A DNA stretch of 64,000 nt from Pseudomonadota bacterium. GTDB lineage: Bacteria > Pseudomonadota > Alphaproteobacteria > Reyranellales > Reyranellaceae. Each line of letters begins with the position of its first letter. Position 1 is the stretch's first letter. The notes under the pieces are model-generated. The model saw nothing but the letters and a program-made list of their open reading frames with translations. It searched no databases and was not told the origin of the DNA. The DNA lies in assembly GCA_049323495.1 (NCBI GenBank), contig JBMONG010000017.1, positions 19,227-83,226 on the forward strand, written 5' to 3'. The position numbers and the translations under genes are program-made. Below are positions 1 to 9,780 of this stretch, piece after piece.

Positions 1-2
1 AG

Positions 3-854
3 TTCGTTCCCGCCGAGATCCTGCGGACCATCGAACGCGAGCGTGTGCAGGTGATGCTGCTGGTGCCGGCGATGATCCTGTTCCTGGTGCAGGCGCCGCA
101 GATCCGCGAGACCGATCTCTCCAGCCTGCGCCTCATCGTCTACGGCGCCGCGCCCATTCCAGCCGACTTGCTCAAGCAGGCCATGGCGATCTTCCCGTGC
201 GGCTTCCAGCAGGTCTATGGCCTCACCGAGACCACCGGGGCGATCACCTACCTGCCGCCCGAGGACCACGACCCGGACGATCCGCGGAAATTGCTTTCAT
301 GCGGCATCGCCCAGGCCGGAGTGGAATTGCGAATCGTGGACGGCGACGGAAAGGACCTGCCGGCCGGCCAGGTCGGGGAGATCGCCGTACGCTCGCCGCA
401 GGTCATGGGCGGGTACTGGCGCCTGCCCGACGCCACGGCCAGGGCCATCCAGGGCGAGTGGTTCTTCACGGGCGACGCCGGCTGTCTCGACGATCGCGGC
501 TATCTCTACATCCACGACCGGGTGAAGGACATGATCGTGTCGGGTGGCGAGAACATCTACCCCGCCGAGGTCGAAAGCGCCCTGTTCGGCCATCCGGCCG
601 TCGCCGACGTGGCGGTCATCGGCGTGCCCGACGAGCGCTGGGGAGAGGCGGTGAAGGCGATCGTCGTGAGGAAGGCCGGCTCGATGCTCGACGCGGGAGA
701 GCTGATCGATTGGGCACGCGGCCGCATCGCCGGCTACAAGCTGCCGAAGTCCGTGGACTTCGTCGACGCCCTGCCCCGCAATCCGACGGGCAAGATCCTC
801 AAGCGCGAACTGCGCAAGCCCTACTGGGGCGACCGGCAGCGCCAGGTGAATTGA
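3..854 (+). CDS. AMP-dependent acyl-CoA synthetase/ligase, C-terminal part (5' end upstream of window)
   Basis: The frame is open from the window edge. The translation shows the AMP-binding C-terminal hallmarks TGDAGCLDDRGYLYIHDRVKDMIVSGGENIYPAEVE and LPRNPTGKILKRELR. Confidence 0.85.
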   Translation, partial: FVPAEILRTIERERVQVMLLVPAMILFLVQAPQIRETDLSSLRLIVYGAAPIPADLLKQAMAIFPCGFQQVYGLTETTGAITYLPPEDHDPDDPRKLLSCGIAQAGVELRIVDGDGKDLPAGQVGEIAVRSPQVMGGYWRLPDATARAIQGEWFFTGDAGCLDDRGYLYIHDRVKDMIVSGGENIYPAEVESALFGHPAVADVAVIGVPDERWGEAVKAIVVRKAGSMLDAGELIDWARGRIAGYKLPKSVDFVDALPRNPTGKILKRELRKPYWGDRQRQVN

Positions 855-951
855 CCCGGTCGTGTGTTCGCGACCCGGAACGCGACCGTCGCGCCGGGCG
901 CCGCGGAACGCTAGAACCACCGACGACCCGCAACGACCGATCGGCCGAAAA

Positions 952-2019
952 ATGTCCCAGCTGCCCGACAACCTGACCCCCGTCCGCGCCGCCCACGTCT
1001 TCGACGAGGCACGGCTCGCCGACTACCTCGGGGCGCATGTCGAGGGCTTCCGCGGGCCGCTGCAGGTGCTGCAGTTCGAGGGCGGGCAGAGCAATCCGAC
1101 CTTCCACCTGACGGATGGCGCGGGCCGCCAGTACGTCCTGCGCAAGAAGCCGCCGGGCAAGCTCCTGCCGTCGGCCCACCAGGTCGACCGCGAGTATCGC
1201 GTGATCAAGGCGCTGTCGGACCACACCGACGTGCCCGTGCCGAAGCCCTATGCGCTCTGTCAGGACGATGCGGTGATCGGCACGGCCTTCTACGTCATGG
1301 AGTTCCTGCCGGGGCGCATCTTCGCCGATCCGAAGATGCCCGGCGTCTCGCCGGCCGATCGCGGCAGGATCTTCGATTCGATGAACGACGTGCTCGCGCG
1401 CATCCACAACGTCGACTATCGCGCCGTGGGCCTCGGCGACTACGGCCGGGAGGGACAGTACGTCCAGCGGCAGATCGCCCGCTGGTCGAGCCAGTACGAC
1501 CTCGCCCGCACCGAGCACATCGAATCCATGGAGGCTCTGAAGGAGTGGCTGCCGGCGAACATTCCGCCCGGCGACGAGACGCGCATCAACCACGGCGATT
1601 ACCGGCTGGGCAACACCATCGTCCATCCGACCGAGCCACGCATCATCGCCGTGCTCGACTGGGAGCTGAGCACGCTCGGCCATCCGCTGGCGGACCTCGG
1701 CTACAACTGCCTCATGTACCATTTCGGCGAGGGCTTCGGCGCCTCGGGCGGCTATGCCGGCGTCGACCTGAAGGCCTTCGGCATTCCCACCGAGCACGAA
1801 TACCTCGCCGCCTATGCCGGCCGCACCGGCCGCAAGGAAGTGCCGTTCTTCGACTTCTTCCTCGCCTTCTCCCTGTTCCGGCTCGCGGCGATCGTTCAGG
1901 GTGTCTACAAGCGCGGCCTCGACGGCAACGCCTCGTCGGAGACGGCCACCAAGTACGGGAACCGCGCCCGGGGCATGGCCGACCTCGCCTGGTCGATGGT
2001 CGCCAAGCGGGCCTCGTAG
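952..2019 (+). CDS. APH-type phosphotransferase (ACAD10/11-like kinase domain family)
   Basis: ATG at 952 gives MSQLPDN. Motifs seen: GGQSNPTFHL, YVLRKKPPG, catalytic INHGDYRLGNTIV and VLDWELSTLGHPLADL. I trimmed the ORF 862..2019 to the internal ATG. Confidence 0.8.
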   Translation: MSQLPDNLTPVRAAHVFDEARLADYLGAHVEGFRGPLQVLQFEGGQSNPTFHLTDGAGRQYVLRKKPPGKLLPSAHQVDREYRVIKALSDHTDVPVPKPYALCQDDAVIGTAFYVMEFLPGRIFADPKMPGVSPADRGRIFDSMNDVLARIHNVDYRAVGLGDYGREGQYVQRQIARWSSQYDLARTEHIESMEALKEWLPANIPPGDETRINHGDYRLGNTIVHPTEPRIIAVLDWELSTLGHPLADLGYNCLMYHFGEGFGASGGYAGVDLKAFGIPTEHEYLAAYAGRTGRKEVPFFDFFLAFSLFRLAAIVQGVYKRGLDGNASSETATKYGNRARGMADLAWSMVAKRAS

Positions 2020-2063
2020 CGCGCCGCCTCCCGCCCGTCCGCCGGCGCAACGGCGGCGGCTGC

Positions 2064-2792
2064 CTACTCGTCGGTGTACGGCACCATCGAGGTATCGTGG
2101 CCGCGCGGGCAATTGTCGGTGTCGATCACCGTGTTCTCCGGGTTGCGGAAACGCTCGATGTTGTAGGGCGTCAGCTCGCTGGGCGGCTTGTCCGGCGGCG
2201 TCCGAAGCGTCCAGGCCACGAGGCGCTTGATGACGCTGCCCAGCGCCTGATCGAAGGCCTGGACGACCTTGGGTACGCTGTCCTCCCGGGCGCGCACGCA
2301 GCGTTCGAACGACCCGACGCCGATGATCTGCCGATCCGGCATGCGCACCAGCTTGGCGATGATGCGCACCCGGACGATCGGAGGCTTGCCGTAGTAATAC
2401 ATCGCCTCGAAGTTGCGCAGGTCGGACTGCAGAACGTAGTTCGCGCGTATGCCGATCGATTCGCGCGCCACCGCGACGATCTTTCGGGTGTTCTCGAAGG
2501 AATCGACGATGCGGGTCTGCACCATCAGCGGCGCACGATCCGTCCACGCCGCGTTGGCATAGTAGTCCGACGATGTCGGCGTCATCGCGATGGCGATGCG
2601 GCCAGTGTTGATGTTGGCGGCGGCCGTCGGCGCCTCGACCGCGAGCTGCCAGTACACGGCCGGCAAACTGGGATCGAAGGTGCTCTTGGGCGTGACGGTA
2701 TAGAGATCCTGCGGCTCGCTCGCGGCGTTGATCAGCTCACAGCCGGCCAGGACGGCGGCGGCCGCGAGGCAGGCGGCCAGACGGACGATCAT
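2064..2792 (-). CDS. ABC-transport auxiliary lipoprotein (DUF330/YmbA-like)
   Basis: Signal peptide with lipobox (AVLAGC). It is the last gene of the MCE/Mla-like operon. Its ATG overlaps the stop of the upstream MCE gene (ATGA at 2789-2792). Confidence 0.7.
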   Translation of the reverse strand: MIVRLAACLAAAAVLAGCELINAASEPQDLYTVTPKSTFDPSLPAVYWQLAVEAPTAAANINTGRIAIAMTPTSSDYYANAAWTDRAPLMVQTRIVDSFENTRKIVAVARESIGIRANYVLQSDLRNFEAMYYYGKPPIVRVRIIAKLVRMPDRQIIGVGSFERCVRAREDSVPKVVQAFDQALGSVIKRLVAWTLRTPPDKPPSELTPYNIERFRNPENTVIDTDNCPRGHDTSMVPYTDE

Positions 2793-3823
2793 TTCGGCGT
2801 GTATCCCTGCTTGCCGCTGAAGACGAAGCCCGCCGGATCGCGCTCGAGCCGGGTGGCGATGATGTTCAGGTTGGCGGTGAGCTGGCGCAGCTCGCGAATG
2901 GTGAGCGCGAGTTCGGCCAGGCCCGTCTCGGTGAACTGCTTCACCGGTCCGGTGCTGTCGCCCACCAGCTTGCCGAGCTGACCGGCCGCATTGTCGATGT
3001 TCTTGAGGGCCGTGCGGGTCTCGGTCAGCGTCTTGCGCAGCTCGCTCGGCTCCTTGCCGGCCAGAGCCTTGCGCGTCGCGGCATCCTGCGGGCCGAGCTC
3101 GAGGGCGATCATGTTCAGCGACTCGGTGAGCCCGTTCACCTTGTCGAAGGTCTTGCGGAACTCGGCGATCGCCAGCGGCAGGTCGGTCAGCGTCTTCTGG
3201 ATGGCATCGTCCTGCTTGGCGATGGCTGCCGTCGTTGCCTGCAGATTGCGCAGCGTGTCGGTGACCGCGCCGATGTTGTCGGGGCTGAGCAGCTCGTTCA
3301 GGCGCTCGACCGTGACGCTGGCCTTGGTGAGGACTTCCTGTGCCGACGTTGAGGTCGCCTGCAGGAAGGAGGCGCCCTCGCGGATCTCCGGATAGGGCGT
3401 CTGCCCGAGCCGCTTCTTGGGCTTGACCTGGTCGACCTCGAGCCGGCCGACGATCTGGATGTAGGGCGCGCCGGCGATGAACGGCTTCTCGAACACGGCG
3501 TACGAGCGATCGCGGATGTCGATGTTCCAGTCGACGGCGACGGTCACCTCGATCTTCTCGGTCATGCGCTCCCGGCCGGTCGCACGCTGCACGTCGACCC
3601 GCGAGGCGAGCTGGATGTTGGCGACCCGGCCCACCCGGAGCCCACGATAGAAGACCGGCGAATCGTTGGTCAGGCCCTGCACGTCCCCGGAAAAGTAGAT
3701 GACGTAGTAGGCGTAGTTGGTGCGGTCTCCGGCACGAAGCTTCCAGATCACGAATCCGGCGATGGCAACGATGAACAGGATCATTGCCGCGCCGATCAGC
3801 ACATAGGGCGATCTTCTTTCCAT
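2789..3823 (-). CDS. MlaD/MCE-family substrate-binding protein
   Basis: The internal ATG at 3823 gives MERRSPYVLIGAAMILFIVAIAGFVIW, an N-terminal TM anchor. This is followed by an MCE-like core (VIYFSGDVQGLTNDSPVFYRGLRVGRV) and a long helical C-terminus. The operon context is an ABC ATPase and permease. Confidence 0.8.
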   Translation of the reverse strand: MERRSPYVLIGAAMILFIVAIAGFVIWKLRAGDRTNYAYYVIYFSGDVQGLTNDSPVFYRGLRVGRVANIQLASRVDVQRATGRERMTEKIEVTVAVDWNIDIRDRSYAVFEKPFIAGAPYIQIVGRLEVDQVKPKKRLGQTPYPEIREGASFLQATSTSAQEVLTKASVTVERLNELLSPDNIGAVTDTLRNLQATTAAIAKQDDAIQKTLTDLPLAIAEFRKTFDKVNGLTESLNMIALELGPQDAATRKALAGKEPSELRKTLTETRTALKNIDNAAGQLGKLVGDSTGPVKQFTETGLAELALTIRELRQLTANLNIIATRLERDPAGFVFSGKQGYTPK

Positions 3824-3834
3824 CGGACGCCGCT

Positions 3835-4668
3835 CTACTCCTGCCGGGCCGCGGCCCGCCCGCGCGGCCCGTGGAAGTATTCCCGGACCCAGGGATGATC
3901 GTATGCCAGCAGCTCCTTTATCGTACCTACCACGACTCGCTTGTCGAGCAACACGGCCACCCGGTCGCAAATCGCGTACAGGCTGTCGAGATCGTGAGTC
4001 ACCATCAGGATGGTGAGCCCGAGGCTGCGGCTGAGGCCCTTGACCAGCTCGTCGTAGTGGGAGGCGCCGATCGGATCGAGGCCGGCCGTCGGCTCGTCCA
4101 GGAACAGGAGCTCCGCATCGAGCGCCAAAGCGCGGGCCAGGCTGGCGCGCTTGCGCATGCCGCCCGACAGCTCGGAAGGCTTCTTGTCGCCTGTGTCCGC
4201 CGGGAGACCGACCAGGGCGATCTTCAGGGCCGCGATGTCCCGCATCGTCTGCTCGTCGAGCTTGGCGTGCTCGCGGATCGGCACGATGATGTTCTCGGTC
4301 ACGGTCAGCGAGGAGAAGAGCGCGCCGTCCTGGAACTGCACGCCGGTCCGGGCCTGCATGGCTCCCAGTGCCCGGCCGTGCAAGGTTGCCGTATCGACGC
4401 CCAGCATCTCGATGGTGCCCCGGGTATGCCCGTTCAAGCCGACGATGGTCCGCAGCAGGACGGATTTTCCTGTGCCGGAACCGCCGACCAGTCCCACGAT
4501 CTCGCCCCGAAATACGTCGAAATCGAGGTTGTCGTGGATGATCTTGTCGCCGAACTGGGTGCGGATCCCGCGCAGGCGCAGCACGACCTCCCGCCCATCG
4601 CGATGGTCGGCGATCTGCCCGCCCTCGGCGAGTGCAGCCTTTCGTTCCAGAGTGGCGGCCTCGGCCAT
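3835..4668 (-). CDS. ABC transporter ATP-binding protein (MlaF-like)
   Basis: Walker A GGSGTGKS, ABC signature LSGGMRKR, Walker B LLFLDEPTAGLD. Confidence 0.9.
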   Translation of the reverse strand: MAEAATLERKAALAEGGQIADHRDGREVVLRLRGIRTQFGDKIIHDNLDFDVFRGEIVGLVGGSGTGKSVLLRTIVGLNGHTRGTIEMLGVDTATLHGRALGAMQARTGVQFQDGALFSSLTVTENIIVPIREHAKLDEQTMRDIAALKIALVGLPADTGDKKPSELSGGMRKRASLARALALDAELLFLDEPTAGLDPIGASHYDELVKGLSRSLGLTILMVTHDLDSLYAICDRVAVLLDKRVVVGTIKELLAYDHPWVREYFHGPRGRAAARQE

Positions 4669-4670
4669 GC

Positions 4671-5795
4671 TCAGACGTCCGCCAGCAGGAAGATGATGGA
4701 GAAGATGGCGTCGAGCACGATCACGCAGAAGATCGATTCAACGACGGACTTGGTGGTGAGCTGGCCCACGCTCTCGGCGCTGCCGCGCACCTGCAGTCCC
4801 TCGAAACAGCCGATGATGGCGATCACCGCGCCGAACACCGGCGCCTTGATCATCCCTGTGTAGAAGTGCCAGGGGCCCACCGTGTCCCGCAGCCTGTCGA
4901 AGAACTGCACGAAGGTGAAGTCGAGATAGATGGTGCAGGCCACGGCGCCGCCCAGCACGCCGGTCATGTCTCCCCAGAAGGCGAGCAGCGGCATCGAGAT
5001 GACCAGCGCCATGATGCGCGGCAGGACCAGCCACTCGATGGGATTGAGGCCGATCGTGCGCATGGCGTCGACCTCCTGGTTGACCTGCATCGTGCCGATC
5101 TGCGCGGTGAACGCGCTGCCGGATCGGCCGGCCACGATGATGGCGGTGAGCAGCACGCCCAGCTCGCGGAACATGGCGATGCCGACGGCTTCCACGCTGA
5201 AGGTCTCGGCGCCGAACTGCCTGAGCTGCTGGACGCCCTGATAGGCGATGACCACGCCGATCAGGAAGCAAAGCACGCCCACGATCACCAGGGCGCGCAC
5301 CCACACTTCGTACATCTGGCGCACGACGGCGGCGATACGGAAGCGCCGCGGCCGCGCACAGGCCTCGGCAAAGACGACCAGGATCTCGCCGAAGAACGCC
5401 GCGAGGCTGATCCCCTGCTGATAGAGCTGGAGCGTGTTGCGCCCGATCTCCTCCAGCCAATGGACCAGCCAGGCCTCGTGCCGCTCGGGGGGCGCCTCGC
5501 ACATGTTCTTCTGCACGACCTCGAACAGGTCGGCATAGCCCTTGTTCGCGGTCATGACCTGGGCGTCCGGGCCGCCCGCGAGCTGCAGGATCTCCAGCGC
5601 ACCGGCCGTGTCGAGCTGCTCCAGTCCCTCGGCGTCGACGACGTGTCCGCCCCGGGCGGGGCCCGCCGTCTGCAGGGCCGCCTCGGCCCGGCGGCGGATG
5701 CCGCGCAGATTGAAAACCGTCCACGCCCCACCGACCTCGACGACCGGCTTTCCTGCGCGCATGGTGTAGCGAATCGTGGGTTCGGCAGCGGCCAT
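4671..5795 (-). CDS. MlaE-family ABC permease with N-terminal STAS-like extension
   Basis: 374 aa. The first ~120 aa are soluble, followed by a multi-TM MlaE-like core (AGRSGSAFTAQIGTMQVNQEVDAMRTIG). It lies directly upstream of the ATPase gene. Confidence 0.85.
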   Translation of the reverse strand: MAAAEPTIRYTMRAGKPVVEVGGAWTVFNLRGIRRRAEAALQTAGPARGGHVVDAEGLEQLDTAGALEILQLAGGPDAQVMTANKGYADLFEVVQKNMCEAPPERHEAWLVHWLEEIGRNTLQLYQQGISLAAFFGEILVVFAEACARPRRFRIAAVVRQMYEVWVRALVIVGVLCFLIGVVIAYQGVQQLRQFGAETFSVEAVGIAMFRELGVLLTAIIVAGRSGSAFTAQIGTMQVNQEVDAMRTIGLNPIEWLVLPRIMALVISMPLLAFWGDMTGVLGGAVACTIYLDFTFVQFFDRLRDTVGPWHFYTGMIKAPVFGAVIAIIGCFEGLQVRGSAESVGQLTTKSVVESIFCVIVLDAIFSIIFLLADV

Positions 5796-5896
5796 CGCCG
5801 AGATTAGTCGTCGCGCCGCATCGCGCTGTCAATCGCCTCCGTCGTTTGCCTCCACAGGACCGGGCTGGCACGATCCGGCGCAACTGGAGGAACCGC

Positions 5897-6739
5897 ATGG
5901 GCAGATGGCCGGTCCTGGACAAGATCGAGATGATCGACGCTCCGATCGAGGAGGAGGAATACGAGCGCGAGCTGAAGCGCCTGCAGCACCGGCTGCTCGA
6001 CCTGCAGACCCACGACGTGCGGTGCGGCGGGCGGGTGATCATCTGCCTCGACGGATGGGACGCGGCCGGCAAGGGCGGCCTCATCGAGCGGCTGATCCAG
6101 GGCCTCGAACCGAAATCGGCGCATGTCTGGCGCATCGGCGCGCCGACCGCGGAAGAGCAGGGCAAGCACTATCTGTGGCGCTTCTGGACCCGGCTGCCGG
6201 CGCCGGGAAACTGGGCGATCTTCGACCGCACCTGGTACGGCCGCGTGCTCGTCGAGCGCATCGAGGGCTTTTGCAACGATGAGGCCTGGAAGCGCGCCTA
6301 TCGCGAGATCAACGAGTTCGAGCGGCAGCTCGTCGACGACGGCGTGCGCCTCGTCAAGCTGCTCGTGCATGTCAGCGCCGAGGAGCAGAAGCGGCGCATG
6401 ATCGAGCGGCTCGATTCGCCGCACAAGCATTACAAGATCGGGCTCGAGGACTTCCGCAACATCGCCAAGCGCAAGCAGTATCTCGAAGCCTACGACGACA
6501 TGCTGGAACGCACCGACACCGAACACGCGCCCTGGCACGTGATCGCCACTGACGACAAGCTGCACGCCCGCCTGCGCGGCCTGCGCATCATCGCCGACAC
6601 CGTCGGCGCCGGCATCGACGTCGAAAGGCAGACGCTCGATCCGGCGATCGCGCGCGCCGCCTTCGATCTGTGGGGCTGGACCCCCAGCAAGGGGAAGAGC
6701 GAACCGAAGAACAACAAGAAGCACGGCCGCGCCGCGTGA
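5897..6739 (+). CDS. ppk2: polyphosphate kinase 2 family protein
   Basis: ATG at 5897 is preceded by GGAGGA. PPK2 P-loop ICLDGWDAAGKGG is present, plus YLWRFWTRLP, IFDRTWYGRVLVERIEG and APWHVIATDDK. Confidence 0.85.
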   Translation: MGRWPVLDKIEMIDAPIEEEEYERELKRLQHRLLDLQTHDVRCGGRVIICLDGWDAAGKGGLIERLIQGLEPKSAHVWRIGAPTAEEQGKHYLWRFWTRLPAPGNWAIFDRTWYGRVLVERIEGFCNDEAWKRAYREINEFERQLVDDGVRLVKLLVHVSAEEQKRRMIERLDSPHKHYKIGLEDFRNIAKRKQYLEAYDDMLERTDTEHAPWHVIATDDKLHARLRGLRIIADTVGAGIDVERQTLDPAIARAAFDLWGWTPSKGKSEPKNNKKHGRAA

Positions 6740-7974
6740 CCGGACGCCCCGTCTTTGCCGGCTGGTGGGTGGTGGCCGGCGCATTCCTGGCCATGATGAC
6801 GGGCTATGCCGTCGCCTATTCCTTCGCCGCCTTCTTCGGCGCGCTGGAGAGCGAGTTCGGCGCGCGCCGCGGCGAGACCGCGCTGGTGTTCTCGATCTCG
6901 GCATTCCTCTATTTCAGCCTGGGTTTTCCCGCCGGCCTGATCGCCGACCGGACCGGACCGCGTCCCGTCGTGATCGGCGGCCTGCTGCTGATCGCCGTGG
7001 GTCTGGTCGCCGCGGCCGGGGCGTCCAGCCTCTGGCAGGTATATGCCGGCTACGGGCTGGGCGTTGGCGTCGGCATCGGCCTGTCCTACGTGCCAAGCGT
7101 CGCCGCCGTGCAGCGCTGGTTCGTCAGGCGCCGCGGCACGGCAAGCGGGCTCGCCGTCGCGGGCATCGGCGTCGGCACCCTGCTCGGCGCCCCGCTCGCC
7201 CACGAGCTCATCGCTGCCCTGGGCTGGCGCCGGACCTACCTCGTGCTGGCCGCCGTCGCCGCCGCGGGCGCCCTGGTGGCGGGCTGGCTGGTACGGCCAG
7301 GCCCCGAGCGCTACGGCCTCGCCCCCGACGGCGACGCGCCGCTGCCGTCGGGGGCGCCGGCGATGCCGGCCGGGCTCGGGCTCGGCGAGGCGGTCCGGTC
7401 GGGACCGTTCTGGTCGATCTATGTCGGGGCGCTGCTGATGTCCTTCGGGCTGTTCGTGCCCTTCGTGCATCTCGTGCCCTATGCCGCCGATGTCGGACTG
7501 GGCGAAGGCTTCGGCGTGCTGCTGATCGTCCTGCTGGGCGTGGGCAGCACGGTGGGCCGCTTCCTGTTCGCGAGCGTCACGGGCTGGATCGGGCGACGGC
7601 TTTCCTTCGCCATGATGTATGTCGGCGCCGCCGCCATGCTCGTGCTGTGGACGCTGTCCTCCAGCGCGCCCGCGCTGGTCGTCTTCGCCCTGGTGTTCGG
7701 CGCCTTTTATGGCGGCTTCGTCGCCATCGCCCCGTCGCTCGCCGCCGACTATTTCGGCGGCAAGGCGCTCGGCTCGGTCATCGGCGCGCTCTACAGCGGC
7801 GTCGGCATCGGCGCCCTGCTCGGCTCGCCGGCCGCGGGCTACGCCTTCGACTTCTTCGGATCGTACAGCGGCGCCATCCTCGCGGGCGCCGCCCTCTGCC
7901 TCGTCTCCTTCGCCATCACCCTGGCGACGCCTGAGCCGGCGCGCTGGCTGGCGGCGCGATCACGCGCGCGGTGA
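6736..7974 (+). CDS. MFS transporter (oxalate/formate-antiporter-like)
   Basis: About 12 predicted TM segments and an MFS loop motif GLIADRTGPRPVV. The proposed GTG start at 6736 overlaps the ppk2 stop (GTGA). The start is uncertain. Confidence 0.75.
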   Translation: MTGRPVFAGWWVVAGAFLAMMTGYAVAYSFAAFFGALESEFGARRGETALVFSISAFLYFSLGFPAGLIADRTGPRPVVIGGLLLIAVGLVAAAGASSLWQVYAGYGLGVGVGIGLSYVPSVAAVQRWFVRRRGTASGLAVAGIGVGTLLGAPLAHELIAALGWRRTYLVLAAVAAAGALVAGWLVRPGPERYGLAPDGDAPLPSGAPAMPAGLGLGEAVRSGPFWSIYVGALLMSFGLFVPFVHLVPYAADVGLGEGFGVLLIVLLGVGSTVGRFLFASVTGWIGRRLSFAMMYVGAAAMLVLWTLSSSAPALVVFALVFGAFYGGFVAIAPSLAADYFGGKALGSVIGALYSGVGIGALLGSPAAGYAFDFFGSYSGAILAGAALCLVSFAITLATPEPARWLAARSRAR

Positions 7975-8779
7975 CGTCCGGTCCGAGCCGAGCCGCGATC
8001 CACGGCAGCGCCTCGCGCATGGCCTCCTCGAACCGCCACGGCGGATTGACGACGGCCAGGGCGCAGGCCGCGAGGCGGCCCGGCTCGACGTCGCCCAGGC
8101 GGAGTTCCAGAACCAATGGCCGGAGGACCGCCAGCCCCTCAGCGAAGGCCGCCGCCTGCTCGTCCTTGATCGGATACCAGATCGCGTAGCAACCGGTCGC
8201 GAAGCGCCGCAGAGCGTGGCGCAGGCCCCGCAGGATCCGCTCGAACTCGTCGCGCGCCTCGAACGGCGGGTCGATCAGCACCAGGCCACGGCGTTCGGGC
8301 GGCGGCAGCAGCGCCTTCAGGGCCTGGTAGCCGTCGGACTGCCGCACCTCGACGGCGCGGTCGCCGGCGAACTCGCGCTTCAGCGCCAGCGCGTCGGCGG
8401 GATGCAGCTCGCAGGCCACGAAGCGGTCGCCCGGCCGCAGCGCCGCCCGGATCAGCCGCGGCGAGCCTGGATAGTGCCGCACCCGGCCATCGGACGGCCC
8501 GAACTTGCGGTCATAGGCGGCGACCGCCGCCAGGTAGCGCGACACGGTGCCCGGCATGCCGGCGCGGGACAGCGTTTCCAGACGGCCGATCCCCGCCTCC
8601 GCCTCGCCGGTGCGCCGCGCGCGCTCGTCGCCCAGATCGTACCCGCCCGCGCCGGCATGGGTGTCCAGCACGAACAGCTTCTTGTCCTTGGCCGTCAGCA
8701 GGCGCAGCAGCTCGCACAGCGCGGCATGCTTGAGCACGTCGGTGAAGCCCCCCGCATGGAAGGCGTGGCGGTAGTTCAT
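7916..8779 (-). CDS. rlmJ: 23S rRNA (adenine2030-N6)-methyltransferase RlmJ
   Basis: N-terminus MNYRHAFHAGGFTDVLKH and the LIDPPFE motif are typical of RlmJ. I trimmed the ORF 7916..8818 to the ATG at 8779. Confidence 0.85.
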   Translation of the reverse strand: MNYRHAFHAGGFTDVLKHAALCELLRLLTAKDKKLFVLDTHAGAGGYDLGDERARRTGEAEAGIGRLETLSRAGMPGTVSRYLAAVAAYDRKFGPSDGRVRHYPGSPRLIRAALRPGDRFVACELHPADALALKREFAGDRAVEVRQSDGYQALKALLPPPERRGLVLIDPPFEARDEFERILRGLRHALRRFATGCYAIWYPIKDEQAAAFAEGLAVLRPLVLELRLGDVEPGRLAACALAVVNPPWRFEEAMREALPWIAARLGPDVTARVIAPPASAPAQASPG

Positions 8780-8841
8780 GGCACGCCTATAGCATCCGGG
8801 CCGCCTTCTGTGCTTCAAACGGTCAGGATGGGGAGACGGAC

Positions 8842-9780
8842 ATGGCCACGCACGAGCTTCAATCTTCGCCCGACACCTGCCACTGGGGGTATTTCGACAG
8901 CCAGCTGAAGCCCGCCCTCCGCGTCAAGTCCGGCGATGTCGTCACCATCCACTGCGTCTCGGGCTCGGCCGAGATCCTGCCCGGCGAGCCGTTCAACGTG
9001 CTGCCCGAGCATCGCGAGATCCTGGCGACCCTCAAACCCCATCTCGGCCGCCATATCCTGACCGGCCCCGTCCATGTCGAAGGCGCCGAGCGCGGCGACG
9101 CGCTCGCGGTGGAGGTGCTCGACATCAAGTTCCGCACCAACTGGGGCTGGAACGCGCAGCGGCCGCTGATGGGCACGCTGCCCGAGGATTTTCCCTTCTA
9201 TCGTCTGACGCACATCCCGATCGATTCGAATCGCGGCGTCTGCACCATGCCCTGGGGCACAGAGATCGAGCTCAAGCCGTTCTTCGGCATCATGGGCGTG
9301 GCGCCGCCGCCGGAATGGGGCCAGTGCAGCTCCGTCGAGCCGCGCGCCTTCGGCGGCAACGTCGACAACAAGCACTTCCAGGCCGGCAGCACGGTGTACC
9401 TGCCGGTGTTCGCCGAAGGCGGCCTGTTCTCCACGGGAGACGGCCATGGCGTGCAGGGCGACGGCGAGGTCAATCTGACCGCGCTGGAGACGTCGCTCAG
9501 CGGCACGTTCCGCTTCACCGTGCGCAAGGACATGAAGCTCAACAACCCGCGCGCCGAGACGGCGACGCACTGGATCACGCACGGCTTCGACCAGGATCTC
9601 GACGACGCCGCCAAGGAGGCGTTGCGCGACATGATCCGCCTGATCTGCGCCAAGACGGGCCTGTCGGCGGCCGACGCCTACATGCTGTGCAGCCTTCAGG
9701 CCGACCTGCACGTCACCCAGACCGTCGATGGCAACAAGGGTATCCACTGCATGATCGCGAAGAAGGTCATCGGCGGGTGA
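8842..9780 (+). CDS. acetamidase/formamidase family protein
   Basis: 312 aa with an N-terminus typical of the family (CHWGYFDSQLKPALRVKSGDVVTIHCVSG). Further motifs: GPVHVEGAERGDAL and GDGHGVQGDGEV. Confidence 0.85.
   Translation: MATHELQSSPDTCHWGYFDSQLKPALRVKSGDVVTIHCVSGSAEILPGEPFNVLPEHREILATLKPHLGRHILTGPVHVEGAERGDALAVEVLDIKFRTNWGWNAQRPLMGTLPEDFPFYRLTHIPIDSNRGVCTMPWGTEIELKPFFGIMGVAPPPEWGQCSSVEPRAFGGNVDNKHFQAGSTVYLPVFAEGGLFSTGDGHGVQGDGEVNLTALETSLSGTFRFTVRKDMKLNNPRAETATHWITHGFDQDLDDAAKEALRDMIRLICAKTGLSAADAYMLCSLQADLHVTQTVDGNKGIHCMIAKKVIGG

Noticed and set aside
2064-5795. The Mla/MCE-like four-gene operon as a novelty.
   Set aside because: The architecture is conventional: STAS-fused MlaE permease, MlaF ATPase, MCE protein and DUF330 lipoprotein. 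It is common in alphaproteobacteria.
5866-5882. Perfect TGGCAC (sigma54 -24-like) box upstream of ppk2.
   Set aside because: The -12 GC is mis-spaced relative to TGGCACG-N4-TTGC. The implied transcription start would also fall on or after the ppk2 RBS.
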